A stretch of DNA of 64,000 nt from Moniliella sp. 'wahieum' (taxonomy: Eukaryota): positions 62,001 to 126,000 of the forward strand of contig RSEE01000057.1 of NCBI GenBank assembly GCA_003971905.1, in the 5' to 3' direction. Each line of letters begins with the position of its first letter. Position 1 is the stretch's first letter. A program made the translations under genes and the position numbers. This document shows positions 1 through 13,100 of this stretch, one piece after another. The notes under the pieces are model-generated. The model was not told the origin of the DNA. It saw only the letters and a program-made list of their open reading frames with translations, and made no database searches.

Positions 1-8
1 GCTGGGCT

Positions 9-2189
9 GTGTACGACCCGTCCATGGGCACGTTCCGATCCCAATGGGCAAAACCATACAAGTGGACCCAGCGCCAATACCACGAGGTTTTCCCCGACCG
101 CTTTCCGCCTGACGTATCTCGCTTCCCCGCTCAACCCCTGCCTGACAGAACTATGACTGACACTGAAACCAAAAAGGGAGAAGAAAAAATGAACAAAATT
201 GAAGTTGCAAATCCCAACACACCACCGAGAATCAACACTGATACTGACGCGACCATCGCAAGACAAAACGACACCCATCCAACCACCCCCACCACCAGAC
301 GGTACCCCGCCCGGACCCACCAGCGCCGTTTTGACCTTGACTGGGCACAGCTCCCCGTAGCGGACGACCCTCATGATGGTGACTTCCACGCACACGCTGC
401 CGCGCTGCCTCCGGTTCCCCTCCCTGACGGTAGTCGTAGTCCTGCGATCGGCCTACGCTTCCCACTGCCCGACACTGCCCTGCCCGCGTACAGCGACGGT
501 CTCCATCCGCCTGAATACAAGGCGATGATCGCCCTTAGCGAGCCAGGGCCGCACGAGCGCATCCAGCTCACCAAGGACGGAGTACCTGTTGCACCCAAGA
601 CAATGAAGGGCCTCCAATCACACCCCTCATTCGAACCAGTGCTGGAGGCGATGCGCACGGAAATCGACACCCTAGCCCGCTACGGCACATTCGAAGTCGT
701 CACGCCCCCTCCAGACGCGCAGCTGCTGATTGGTCTGTGGCGCATCAACACCAAAACGGACGCGGACGGAAATTTCCTACGCTACCGAGCCCGTCTCGTT
801 GCCGGGGGCCACCAGCAGGATGCTGACACATGGGGACAAACATTCGCCCCTGCCGTGCGCACTCCTGCCATCCTCAGCCTTATCGCCCTTGCTGGAAAGT
901 TCGGCCTCCACCTCTTCACTGCTGATGTGCACTCTGCCTATTTGAACGCTCCCCTCACGGAAAAAGTGTACCTCCGCCCACCCCCATTCTTTCCCGAGGA
1001 AAAAGGCAAGGTCTGGCGTCTCCGGAAAAGCCTATATGGCCTCCACCAATCCGGCGCAAACTGGGCGGTATTCATCCGTGACTTGCTCCGCGGAGACATG
1101 GGTTTTGTACAATCTCTGGCTGAGCCGTGCTTGTTCATCCGACCCCGTAAAGGCGACACGGTCCTCCTTGCCGTGCACACCGACGATCTTCTCATCGCCT
1201 GCACGTCTCACGCACGCTACGATTCCTTCCTCACTGAGATCAACACCCATATCGAGGTGCGAGGGGCGGGAAACGGCCCCCTACACTACCATCTTGGCTG
1301 CCAGTACGACACCATAAACGGGAAACTGTACCTTAGCCAGCCAAAATTCATTGAGGAATCCATTGCCAAACATGAGGTTCCGCCACCCCTGGTTATGGGC
1401 CTCCCCCACCCCAGCAAGATGATCCCCGCGCGCACCGACCCCGAACCGCCCGCACTGCCCGCCGAGAGACGCGACTACCAAGCCAAAGTAGGATCTGGGC
1501 TGTGGGCTGCCCGCATGTGCCGCCCTGATGCGCTGTTCGGCATCTCAGCTCTAAGCCGAGCAACTGCCGATCCCTCCAAGGCCCACCGCGCTGCGGCAAC
1601 AAACTTCCTCCGCTACCTCTACGGTACCAAGGGCTACGGTCTCCGACTAACACCCGAGCCTGACGCACCCGCTCTCGCGCTATACACGGATGCCGACCTG
1701 GCTGGAGACCCTGACCAATGGCGTTCCACGTCGGGATGCCTGCTTTTCGTCTACGGGGTTCCAGTGTCCTGGAGGAGCGTGCGTCAACCCAAGAGCGTCA
1801 CCAACACTGCTGCGGCCGAATATACGGCGGGATATGAGGGCCTCATTGATGCGAACTACGTTAAAAACATCTTACTGGAGCTCGGTGCCATCACCTCAGA
1901 CGAGCCCATACACTGGTACTGCGACAACATGGCGGCACTTGCCTTGGCCGAAAAAGTGGGCAGCACGGGCAAACTACGTGAGCTGAACATCCGGTACCAC
2001 AACGTACGCCAGCATGTCGACTCGGGCGAAGTCAAAATCGCGCACATTGCTGGAAACGAGAACCCGGCCGACATCCTCACCAAACCAGCCACTAAGGTCT
2101 CACTCCTGGCCAACTTGCCTCGCCTCAAGCTTGAGGACGTTACAACCTTCCATCGTGCCACTGAGACCTCTGGCCAGCGGGGGTGTTGA
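9..2189 (+). mobile_element. Ty1/copia retrotransposon pol, 3' half (integrase C-terminal linker, RT, RNase H); 5' part lies outside the window
   Basis: Uninterrupted 726-aa ORF with copia RT motifs (YRARLVAGG, ADVHSAYLNA, LRKSLYGLHQSG, AVHTDDLL) followed by RNase H motifs (YTDADLAG, RSTSG, AAEY, CDN, NPADILTK). Confidence 0.95.
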
Positions 2190-2400
2190 CCACCAGTGGT
2201 CTAGAGCCCATCGGCCTTCAGTGACACGTGGCCCGATCCACACAGTGCACCGGGGCAGTGAGTTCCGACCCTTCCACGGGTTTCCACTGGCCTCCAGGCC
2301 AGGAGCCTATCAAGGCCCATAGCTCTAGCTCTCCTTAGCTCTTGAATGCCATCTCCATCGACCATCGCCAGCATCGCTAGCTAGGCCTGTGACATCAGCA
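2184..2400 (+). repeat. Probable 3' LTR (~217 bp) of the copia element
   Basis: Purine-rich AGCGGGGG (2176-2183) directly followed by TGTTGA at 2184; near-inverted end TCAGCA at 2395-2400. Partner LTR is not in the window. Confidence 0.7.
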
Positions 2401-3226
2401 ACGAGGCAAATGTGAGTTGAGTTGCGTTATGAGATCTGAGAGAGGCGCAAGGCGGCCAGTATTTTCAAGGGCAGCGCAGAGCCCACCGCCGTGGTTTGAA
2501 ATCTTCCGCCGGTGGGCTCACCAATGGTGCGTCTAACCAACCCTAGCTTCACTGCAGGACACCGTCACCCGTCACGTTGCCCGACTTGTTTTCATCCTGC
2601 ACTGAACCATTTTTCATCGATAATCGATACCTGTCGCCCACCGTCGCCCCTTATCGATTTGATCCATCGCCAGATCTCCTTCGACGCGGCCTCTCTTTGT
2701 GGCCCTCCCCCATCCTCTACAGCGACCATCCGCATTGCCCTATCCGCAGGGCTCAGAACCAGGTTGTACATCTCTGCCCTCATCCACCCAGTCAGCCAAC
2801 CACTGGCCAGCCTCGGGGTTTAATTGGCGCCTTCTGTGCCTCTGGCTGCTCGGCTCCACCGCTGTAATGATACAAAGCATTGCGGCCCGTCGGACTCTCT
2901 CTCTCGGCGCTCTCAGCTTGGGTCCAGCAGCTAGCATCTTGGGCAGCCGTGAGTGCACTGGAGGTGGACAGGCGACCGACGTGAGCGAGCGGAGCAATGA
3001 GGAAGTGCGTATTTGGTCGGATGGCGCCGGGTGGGCTGCAATGTTCAAATGCACGGGGACTGGGCCCGTGCATGCGCCCTGCAACATTTCAGATTGCAGC
3101 CAGCGCCCAGCACCAGCCCACATGCTTACATCAGCACGCCGCCTGCCGCTGGGTGGAGAGTGCATGCGGCTGATACCCACCACTCCACCACCGCCTCCAC
3201 CGCCTCCTCCACCACCACCGCCTGCC

Positions 3227-6200
3227 ATGTCCACCGGCCCACGCGCGCCGGGTCTGCGCCACGCCCACGCCTGCGTGCGCCCAAGCGAGTGCGTGTCCCC
3301 CCGTGCCTCCTCTGCCTCCGCGTGCCCACCCCGCTGACACCCCCCCCCCCTCCCAGACCGGCCCCGACATGTCGCCGCACGACATGTGGCGTCGTCTGTC
3401 GCGCGGTGCGGGAGATCTACAACCACAACAGCAGCAGTCTCAGCTACGAGGAAAACTTTCGTTATGCCTACATCTTTGTTCTCCACAACCACGGCGACAT
3501 TCTCTACGAGGGCATCACCCGCCTCCTCGAGGAACACCTCGCCCTCAAGTGCACCGATACCATCGTGCCCTGCTTCCCGCCCGAACGCACCCTCTCCGCT
3601 TGTCGATAGTCTCTCCGACCCTGCGCCCGCCAAGGACAGACAGCCCTCTCCAACTGCCCACCCCGAGCAAGCCAAAGCCCAAGGGCAAGGGCAAAGCTCG
3701 TGCCGTCTCGGACGACGGCAGAAGTAGAAGCAGAAGCAGAAACCTTTCCTCCCGACGCCAGCCGTGCAGAGCCCAGCCCCCCCGAGCAGGTCTCAACTTC
3801 CGTCGAGGTGGACCGGGCGGATGCCATCACGATTGCCCAAGCAGGAGAGCGGCTGCTCAAGGCGATTCGGGATGTGTGGGATGACCACTGTGCTTGTACC
3901 AGCACCCTCTCCAAAGTGCTCAACTACGTCGTACGTCTTCTCTCTTTTTCTTCTTCCTTTTCTTCTTTTTCTTTTTCTTTCCTTCCATGCTGGTTGCCTC
4001 TCACTAACACGGGCGGGTTGCGTTGGCGTTGCGCAGGACCGCGTGTACGTGCCACAACACAACCGTCTTCCCAGCTGGGATTTGGGCTTGGAACTGTTCC
4101 GGCAAAATGTGGTCTGCTCCGACCAGTGCCCGATTCGGCGCAACCTCTACGGCACCCTTTGACCCAAATCCAACTGGAACGGGAGGGCACGGTGGTGAAC
4201 CGCTCGGCGATCCAAAGTTGTGTCGAGATGCTGGTCACACTCACCTACCTGAACCCAACGTCTCCTTTTACCACCGCCCGACGCTGTACAAACGTCTTTG
4301 AAGACCTCTTCCTCCGTGCCACGAGCGACTTTTACCGCGCTGAATCGGCTCGAGCGATCGGTGCGCCAGGCGCGCCCTTTTCCGCGGGCGATTCAGATGC
4401 CGGTGCGTACCTCCGCCTCGTGGCGCGCCGACTGAAAGAGGAGGAGGAACGTGTGTCGGTGTACTTGCACGACAGTACGGGCCCTGAACTTCGTTGGCTG
4501 CTAGACAAGATCTTTTTGCAAGACCACCTGGACCAAATTTTGGAGCGGCCCGGATCGGGTTTGGCTGTGATGCTCGCCGAGAAACCGAACGGCAGATCTG
4601 ACACTTCTCTATCGCCTCTTCCGCCGTGTTGAGCCAGGCATCCCAGCCCTCAAACAAGGAATGAAGAAGTACATCTTAGCCCGCGGGCAGACGATCAACG
4701 CGGCCATCGCTCCGATGCATAAGGATGCCACTGAGGGCGAGGCGCCCAAGTCGACTGCGGCCCAGACGCTGGCCAGCGCACTGCACTGGGTCGACGAGGT
4801 GGTGGTGCAGTTCAAAGCCCAATTCGACCAGGTATTGACTACATGTTTGCAATCGGATGTGGGATGTGAAACGGCGATCAACGAGGCGTTCGAGACGCTG
4901 ATCAATCGTAACCCACGCGCACCCGAGTTCCTCAGCTTGTCATTGACGATAACCTCAAGAAAGGCGTTAAGGGCAGACGAGAAGAAGGGCAAGACGAGAA
5001 GAAGAAACAAGTGGACGAAGTACTGGACCAAACTATCCTCCTCTTCCGCTACCTCGATCAAAAAGACGCGTTCGAAACTTACTACAAGACCCACTTGGGC
5101 CGACGCTTGCTCTCGGCCAAGTCGGCCTCGGACGACGCAGAGAGGAATATGATGGCCAAACTTAAAGTCGAATGCGGTCACAACTATGTCCACAAACTTA
5201 GTGGCATGTTGAACGATATGCGACTTTCCGAGGAAGCCAGCCAACGCTTTATGCATGAGACCAAATCCCTCTTGCCTGCCCCCAGTGGCAGTGCCGATAC
5301 CAGTACCGGTACCGGTACCGATTCCGGTGGTGCTGGGGTCGCGTCTCCAATGGAGGAGCACGTAACGGTACTAACCGCTACCTATTGGCCATCGCAAATC
5401 TCCGGCACCAACAAACAACACACGCTGCACTGGCCCCCCGTGTTGGCCCAGGCACAAGAACGGTACGAGACGTGGTACCATGCCCAACACAGTGGTCGTC
5501 GTCTCGCATGGCAACCTCACCTCGGCACAGCTGACGTCAAGGTCCGTTTCCGCGCACGCACACACGAATTGAACGTGTCGACGTATGCCCTGGTGGTGCT
5601 GCTTCAGTTTGAGCCTGCCCGCCGCGCTCTGCCCAAGACCAACGAAGCCAATGAAGCCAACGAGGGCACCGGGGGTAATGGGGGAATGGAATGGGGTAAT
5701 GGGGGCAGGGCAGCGCCCACGGAATCTGCCGCATCGGGCTTGGCGGGTACCGTGGTAGAGCCAACACTGGACTATGTTACGTTACGGGAGCGAACGGGAT
5801 TCCCGATGGGGAGTTGCGTCGCACGTTACAGAGTTTGGCATGTGCCAAGTTTAAGATTTTACTCAAGGAGCCTAAAGGGCGCGAGGTGCTCGACACGGAT
5901 CGGTTCCGGTTCAATGCGTCGTTTACCTGTCCCTTGGCCAAGATCAAGATTGCTCAGATTGTTGCGCGGGTCGAGACGCCGACAGAGAAGAAGGAGACGG
6001 ATAGGAAAGTGCTTGAGGAACGGATGCACTTGACCGACGCGGCGATTGTGCGCATCATGAAGAATCGTAAGGTCGCTACGCATACTGATTTGGTAGCTGA
6101 AACGGTCCGCATGATCTCCCCTCGATTCCGTCCCGCCATGGCCGATATCAAGAAACGGATCGAATCATTGATTGATCGCGAGTACCTCGAACGATTGCCT

Positions 6201-6233
6201 GATAACCGTACCACTTACCAGTACCTAGCATGA
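3227..6233 (+). CDS. CUL3: Cullin-3-like E3 ligase scaffold (multi-exon, frameshifted in assembly)
   Basis: SSLSYEENFRYAY, LNYV|DRVYV across intron 3931-4036, LFRYLDQKDAFETYYKTHLGRRLL, HSGRRLAW, neddylation motif AAIVRIMKNRK, IESLIDREYLER. First intron 3289-3356; start codon inferred. Confidence 0.9.
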
Positions 6234-6306
6234 TGCATGGTGCATGGTGCATGGTACATGGTGCATGGTGCATGGTGCATGGTACATGGTGCATGGTGCA
6301 TGGTGC
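6234..6306. repeat. Heptamer tandem repeat (TGCATGG)x10
   Basis: Begins immediately after the CUL3 stop; units 4 and 8 are the variant TACATGG. Confidence 0.95.
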
Positions 6307-7179
6307 GTCTGCTTGTCCGCTTGCGTCCGTTGCCATCCATTGGCATCGGGTTGCCTTCCTTTCCCTTTGTGGGCATCCGCTTGCATTGCATCCGCTTGCA
6401 TGGCCTCCGTTTGCATCAGTACATCATTTGCATGTGAACTGTATCGCATTCGCCTCCCCTCCCCTCCCCTCCCCCATTCGCTTGACTGTCGCTACCCTAT
6501 CCCTACCCCTACCCGCACCCTCTATCCTCCATCCCTCCATCCTCCATCCTCCCGTTTTCCCTTGTTCGTTTTTGCCCTCTCCATCACGGCGCTCTCTGGT
6601 CCGGGGCGAGCGGCGAGGCTGCCATGTACGCATCGCCACGATCGGATCAGCGTCGATGGTAGTATAGTGGTAGTACTAATAGTGCTGTTGCAACAGTCGA
6701 CCACATCCATCGCGGGGGGATAAGATCAAACAGGATCGAAGAGAAGAAACAAGACAGGAGACAACTAGCAACAAAAGACACAAGGTCGATCGCACAGGAA
6801 GCATATTCGGCGCACGAGCCAGACGAGGGATGGGTTCAGAACGGAATGAATAGGCTAGAGCATGCGGACAAAGAACAGGCCTTAGGACCTTGGAACCTGG
6901 CATATATGACCATAGGACCGTAGGACCGTAGAACCTTAAGGGGAAGGAGGAAAGGGGAGGCAAGATATTCTAGGGCATACTACTAATTATGTACTCCACC
7001 CCACGCACCGCGCAAGGGACAGGAACAGGGGACGCTGTTGCTGTCCTGCGAACAGAGCGCGAGGCAAGACGCACGTCGTTGTACGCCAGGCCAGGTCAGG
7101 CCTCGCTCGACCAGGCCCGACCAAAGCCCCACCACGCCCCACCGAGCACGACCAAGCTGGGCGAGTCACGAACGGTGGA

Positions 7180-10100
7180 TCACCAGAACGAGCACCAACT
7201 GAGCACACAAGAACCCCCATCGCCACAGTACATTAGTCTCCATATCATCCACATCCACACCAATCCGCACCCAGAACAACAATACGTACCCAACAAACGC
7301 GACACACAAGTTGGCCACACTGGTCGCCTGTTCAATCAGCCGGGCCATTTGTTCCTTCTCGTCGAGGGGTTCCTCAGTGTTAAAGTCGGTACCTTCGAGT
7401 TTACTGTGGATGCGGTTGACCACTTGCACCGCCCTTGCACTGCGCGTTTCGTCGTCGGTGCTAATGCCGTCCGACCCGCCGGGGAGGGCAGTTGACGGCG
7501 CTGAGTTGGGCCCATCAATCAACCGCCACCCAATCAACGGATCATGCACAAACGCTTCCAGTAACGTGATCATTCCCGCCCGGTTCTCCCTTACCACCTT
7601 CATGACCAGTTCGGACGTGATGCGGAACGTGCCGCGGATACCTCCGACTTCCATCGCGTTGGTCAGCATGCGCGTGAGACGGAACGGGACTTTTTCAGGG
7701 TACTTGGGTCGCTGCATCGCCACCTCAAAGCAATCTCCAAAATCAATGTGCACCACTTCGCCCGTGTAACGATCCACAAGTAAGTTGCTCGGGTGCCGGT
7801 CGCCCAGACCTAAAATGTACCCTGCCACCGCTGACACGCGAGCGAACGCGTGTAGTTGATCCGGCGCTCCAACCACGACTCGGAGTTGCGCGAACGTAGC
7901 CACAGGACGCGGTACAGGTCTTGGCCCTTGGTCTTGGACTGCGAGTACATAAACACTTCCATCTTTTGCAAGAGTGGTAAATGTTCATAGTCCGGTGCCA
8001 TCTGGAGCATGAGACGGTGCTCAATGTTGAGCAGGATGCTGCGCGGCTCGCGATAATCCTTAATGAGCACATGCATCGTATCCGTATCTCCACCCAACCT
8101 TGCATACCCGTGTTGGGCGAGAGGGGAATGACAGGGAACCGCCGCATGCGTAATTCGCGCTTGGCCGTTTCCGGGTTTTGCGCTAACAACTTATTGATCA
8201 GACCAAACAGTTGCATCACCCGCTCGTCTTGCCGCATGTCCTCATGGCCTTTGAGAAGGTACGGATACGACTTGCCGTTGCTCCCGTTCATTTTCACTCG
8301 TCTCGGACGCTGCTTGGAAACAATAATGTGCACCGTGTGTTCAAAGCTGCGAATTGTCACCACCGTTTGCCCGGCTTGTACCGCCCAGGCAAGGATAACT
8401 TCAAGTCCTTCATCTCCAGCAAACGAGGAGCGCACGAGGGCAGGTCCAACGACGCCGCATTCGTAAGTGACTTGGAGATCCGCCGGAACACCTTGTAGTA
8501 AAACTCCCATGCCGAATTGAGATCGTTCATGTCACCATATTGACGGTACCGGCGCGAAAATTCACGCGCCTCACTAAGGTCGCGACCGTTTTGTTGGACA
8601 AACGTGACTTCGCGTACCGTCTCAGGTTCCGGGTCCATCATCACATGCAGCGTTTCCAACCGACTAAACATGGCCTCGGCATTATGCTCGCTGTGGAAGA
8701 GACGAGAAGCTTCTTCCAAGCCTTCGTGCCACAGTTCGTGCCAGAGAACGGCAAGACGAATGAGTTCCTTGGACACGATCATGGCCTGCTCCACCAGCTC
8801 GGGTAGTGGTCGCGCATCGAGTCGACAATGTCGTCGGCCGCTGAGGTACGGGTGGCATTGTTGCTCTTGGTCGCGACCGAAAGCGAGTAGATGAGCGCTT
8901 GGGGATGCGCAGCACCAATGGAACTGAGCAACATCTTGATCTGGTCCCGCACAGCACGGATGTTGCTGCCAATGCGGGCAATGATTTGGGGAATGACGTC
9001 CAACCAGGTATCGATGATGACTGATCCGAACCCCTCGGTCATGGCCTGGTCAACTTGCGGGTCGTTACCCCATTTGAACCAGAGCGCGAGAATGCGCAAC
9101 GTGTCCTGCAACGCGTACTTTTTGGAGGAGAGAATGACACTGCTGAAAAAGCCCGTGACGGCAGGAACGATGGACTGTTTCATCAGCGCCTCGGCACCGC
9201 CTTTCTCCTCATTGTACTGAAGCACATTAAAGTTGGCTTCGGCCCACGAGTGCCACGCCTTGTACCATTGTGTCCAGCACCGTGGCGCGCCGGAACGACT
9301 CGAGCACATCGCAGTTCTCGTCGGTTACCCATTCGTTTCGACTCCGGATGGCCATTTGCCATTCGCCCTGTTTGGAGAAACAGCGTGCGAGCAGTTTCAA
9401 GTACTCGGGCGACACGGTGCCCGGACGGTGGGGACATGAACCCTTGTTGTCCTGCTTCGAGCTCGTGCACCACCCCATATTCCAGAGCCAAGTTGTTGGT
9501 AAACTCGCGCAAGTCAGCCAGGACAGTCTCTTGGATCTCCCGTTGGTCCGACAGCGCCATGTCCCGCCCGGAAGAACTGACGGACCAACGGAACTTGAGA
9601 TGGGCATGAAACCGCTGGCGGTACCGCCGGGTTGAGGTAAAAGCTCACGTCAATGTTACCAAACGCGCTCATCTCGACGCCATCAGGTCACAGAGCGTCT
9701 TGCTCGCCAGAATCATCCGGCCTTGACTCCGACACAGATTGGCAAACTTGATCCGCGCCTCTTGGTCCTCAGTAGGTGTGACGACCAAGTTGTGGATCGA
9801 CAACATCCGCTGCCACACTTCCACATCGGCCTGGCACCCTTCGAGACGCTTGAGCCAGGTGCGCCGCATAGCCGCTTGCCGGTCCGGTTGACCCGCAAAG
9901 TCGAGCTTGTAATCAAAGCCTCCTCGAGCTCGGCGAGCATTTGCGTCCGCACCACCGCACTGTAGCTCCGACCGTACCCGTCTGACAAGGCCGAAATCAC
10001 ATCCACATCCATCACGTCGCGAGCACGGTTGATGTGCTTGAGCGCGCGCTCGCGCTGCGAGTAGTGGGTGCACAGATGGCACGGTTAAAACGAGCGATCT

Positions 10101-13100
10101 TCCGAGTCGCGGTCCATAAGCTGGGTAAACTGGTCGAGCGCCTCCCATCGCTGAAGGGACCAGGCAGCAGCGGCACCCAGCACAGCCAACTGTTTACTTT
10201 CCTCCTCGGTCGCGCCGGCGTCCCCGCTTCCTCGACTGCCTCCGCGAGCTGTTGGAAGTGGCTGAGCGCATGCAGACAACGCATCTTGCCCAACTGCGTA
10301 CTGATCTGGACCGCACCATACTTGCTCATTTCTTCCTCGCCCAGATTGCGGAACGCGTTCAGCGCATCTTCCCATCGATGCAACTTCTCGTACCACGTTT
10401 CCTTGTTGGTCATCCCCCACTTTTCCTGGGCCAGGTTCAGCGCCCCCAGGGCGCTGTCGGCTTGCCGCAGTCGCGTATTGATGTCCATCAGCGACTCGAT
10501 CACCGTCGCCGAAGGTTGGTCAAAGAACTCGGCTTCCTTGTAATGCAGTGATTTGGCATACAGCGCATAATCAAACGATTTGGTCGCCAAGAGCGAAATG
10601 TCACGGGGCAAAGGCTCGTAGTAATGTTCCATCACTTCGGCAATGTTGAGCAAAAAGTGGATGACATGGTCCGGCACTGTACTGGACTCGTACGCCTTGC
10701 GGAAATTGAGTTCCAAATCGCGCTTGTAGTCTTCTGGCAGACCCGCTTGGCACGCCACAAACGCTATTGGGAACAACTCGAGCGCAAAGGCAGGGTACGA
10801 GTAGACCACAGGTCGGCACGCGCGAATCGTAAGTGACGGCGCTTCCGATACAAATGCGCTGGCCATATCTTTCATCCACTGCCCCCACTGCTCGTCCGTG
10901 GTAAAGTCACCCAACTGCCACGAGCGCCGCAAGTGGACCGGATTCGACGGCGCATCGTTCGGCGGAGGATTCTGCGCTGGCGGAGGCGCAATTGACGTAT
11001 CGGGAATCAAGTCTTGTGCAACTTCTCCCCCCCCTTGAGCAACTTGGCCACCAACTTTTCGTACAGCGGCTGATGAATGTTGTGCTGCTTCAGCACCCGG
11101 TCCACAGAGTTGACAAACACAGCGTACCCCGTGCCCAGCTGAACCACCAAGGCGGAAAGTGTGTCCATTGCCGCATTGCGCATCTCTTGGTCCGACCCTG
11201 TCTTGGCCAGCACCCGCGACAAGGTCTGCACAATCCCACTGGACATATCGGACAGATTGACCTTGCGTGAGATCTGGCCAATGGAAACAATCGCCGCCTT
11301 ACGCACTTGGCGCGGCAAGTCGTCCCGCTCAAACATGCGCACCACCACGGGCACAACGAGGCGGAGGTAATCCTCAATCGCACGACCAAACAGTTGGAGC
11401 GAATGAAGGATGCGGAGGTAAGGAGCCTTGAGGTGCGCCCCGTTCGCCTCGGAATCCAACACACTCAGCATCCGCGGTAAAAGTTGCGGCATGTACATTT
11501 TGAATTCACCGTCTAGCACACTGCACAACGCCTCGATCACCGATACCATCGCGTGGCGCGAGGTGGTGGTCGTGTCCCAGTCCTCGGCGATCCGAGCAAC
11601 CAAGTCCGGGACAAAAGGACGGATGTGCTCTTTGACCTGGGTCGTGAGCTTGGCCAACTGGTCGTAGTACAGCCCCGAACGCGCAGGCACAGTGACGATC
11701 TTGGTAATAAACGTTGGTACCACCTGCGTCAGGCGCGATAACTGTAACGCCCCGCCCCCGAGCATGAGCATGAGCGCCTCCACGACCGCGGTATGGTGCG
11801 CCATCAGGTTGGGATCTTGCAGCGTGCGCATCAAGAGGGTGATCACGGTGTTTTGGAAATACTCTTCGTTGTGCCACCCATGTTCCACCCCCACATCAAA
11901 CATCTCGGCGTCCGATCCGGGCTGGGTGCCTCGGTGGGCTCGTCATCAGGAAGCTCAGCTTGCTCCTATCGTGTCGGGTCAGTATACGTTTCGCATCCAA
12001 CAAGAAAGGAGGGGGGTTACGGGTTACGCACTCTAAACTTGTTGGGATCGATCGCACCCAGCAGACCGAGCACACGGCTAACTTCATGGTGGGTGGCCTT
12101 GTCCGAAGCCGACTCTTTAAGAATCCGTCCCAGGGTGCCCAGGAGGCCCGGATGCTCCATCAACGGTTTTACGACGTAACCAGTGTTGGACACTACCAGA
12201 CCGAGGGTGGTGAGTGCAGCCTTGCGCTTGGCCGTCTCAGGTTCCGAGTTACTGTTGCTCAGTTGTTCCACCACATTCGACACGAGGCCACTGACGTGCG
12301 AACCTAGTTCTTCCCCGCTCACGCGGGACAGTTCGCCAAGGCCAGCGAGGGCGCTGGCGGCGACTTCGGGCGTAGGATCTTTGATCTTGACGAGCAAGAC
12401 GGAGAGGATAGGCACGGCGTAGCCTCGGACCAACGACGGAGCCGCCTGAATCACCATGGTGAGCAAGCGGCATGCTTGTTCCTGGCTCTTGGGCTGCGTC
12501 GACAATTCAATGTCCGTCAAGAGCTGGATGAGCGTGTTGCGCAGCGTCGGCATCGTATACGCCGGGTTGATCTTGGCGATTCGACCAATGATCTTGATGG
12601 CCTCAATGCGCACCTGAAAATTTTCGTCGTTGAACGCAATGAAAAGAACGGACAAAATCGGCTTGGCCCAAGTACTGGTCAAAGCGCGGCACGAGGTGCT
12701 GCAACGTTTCGATCCGCAAATTCTCATCCAAGTCAGCCACAGCCACAGTCATGATCTTGTCCAGCACATCGTTCACCAACTCGATCGAGTGCAGACTGGT
12801 GTTAGTCATGATTGGGTCTTTGGCATACACCCGAGGCACGTCAACGTGGCTTCTCGACGCGTGGTGGGATTCTCGTCGTCCAAATAAGACAAGGTGCAGT
12901 CGCGCACAAACTCGCCCAACCAGTGACCCGACATGTTAAACTCGCGAAGGGAAACCAAGGCTACCCGGACCATCTTTGCGTCTCGCGCCGCACCCGAGGA
13001 GAGAGAGACGCCTGTGACTGACGAATACTGGGCATAGGAAGGCGCACCCAGTTCCCGGTACGGTTCCCCCAACAGAACAAGAGAGACCATGTTGAGCAAC

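Noticed and set aside
6230..6723. MVHGAWC-repeat ORFs
   Set aside because: Translations of the heptamer satellite
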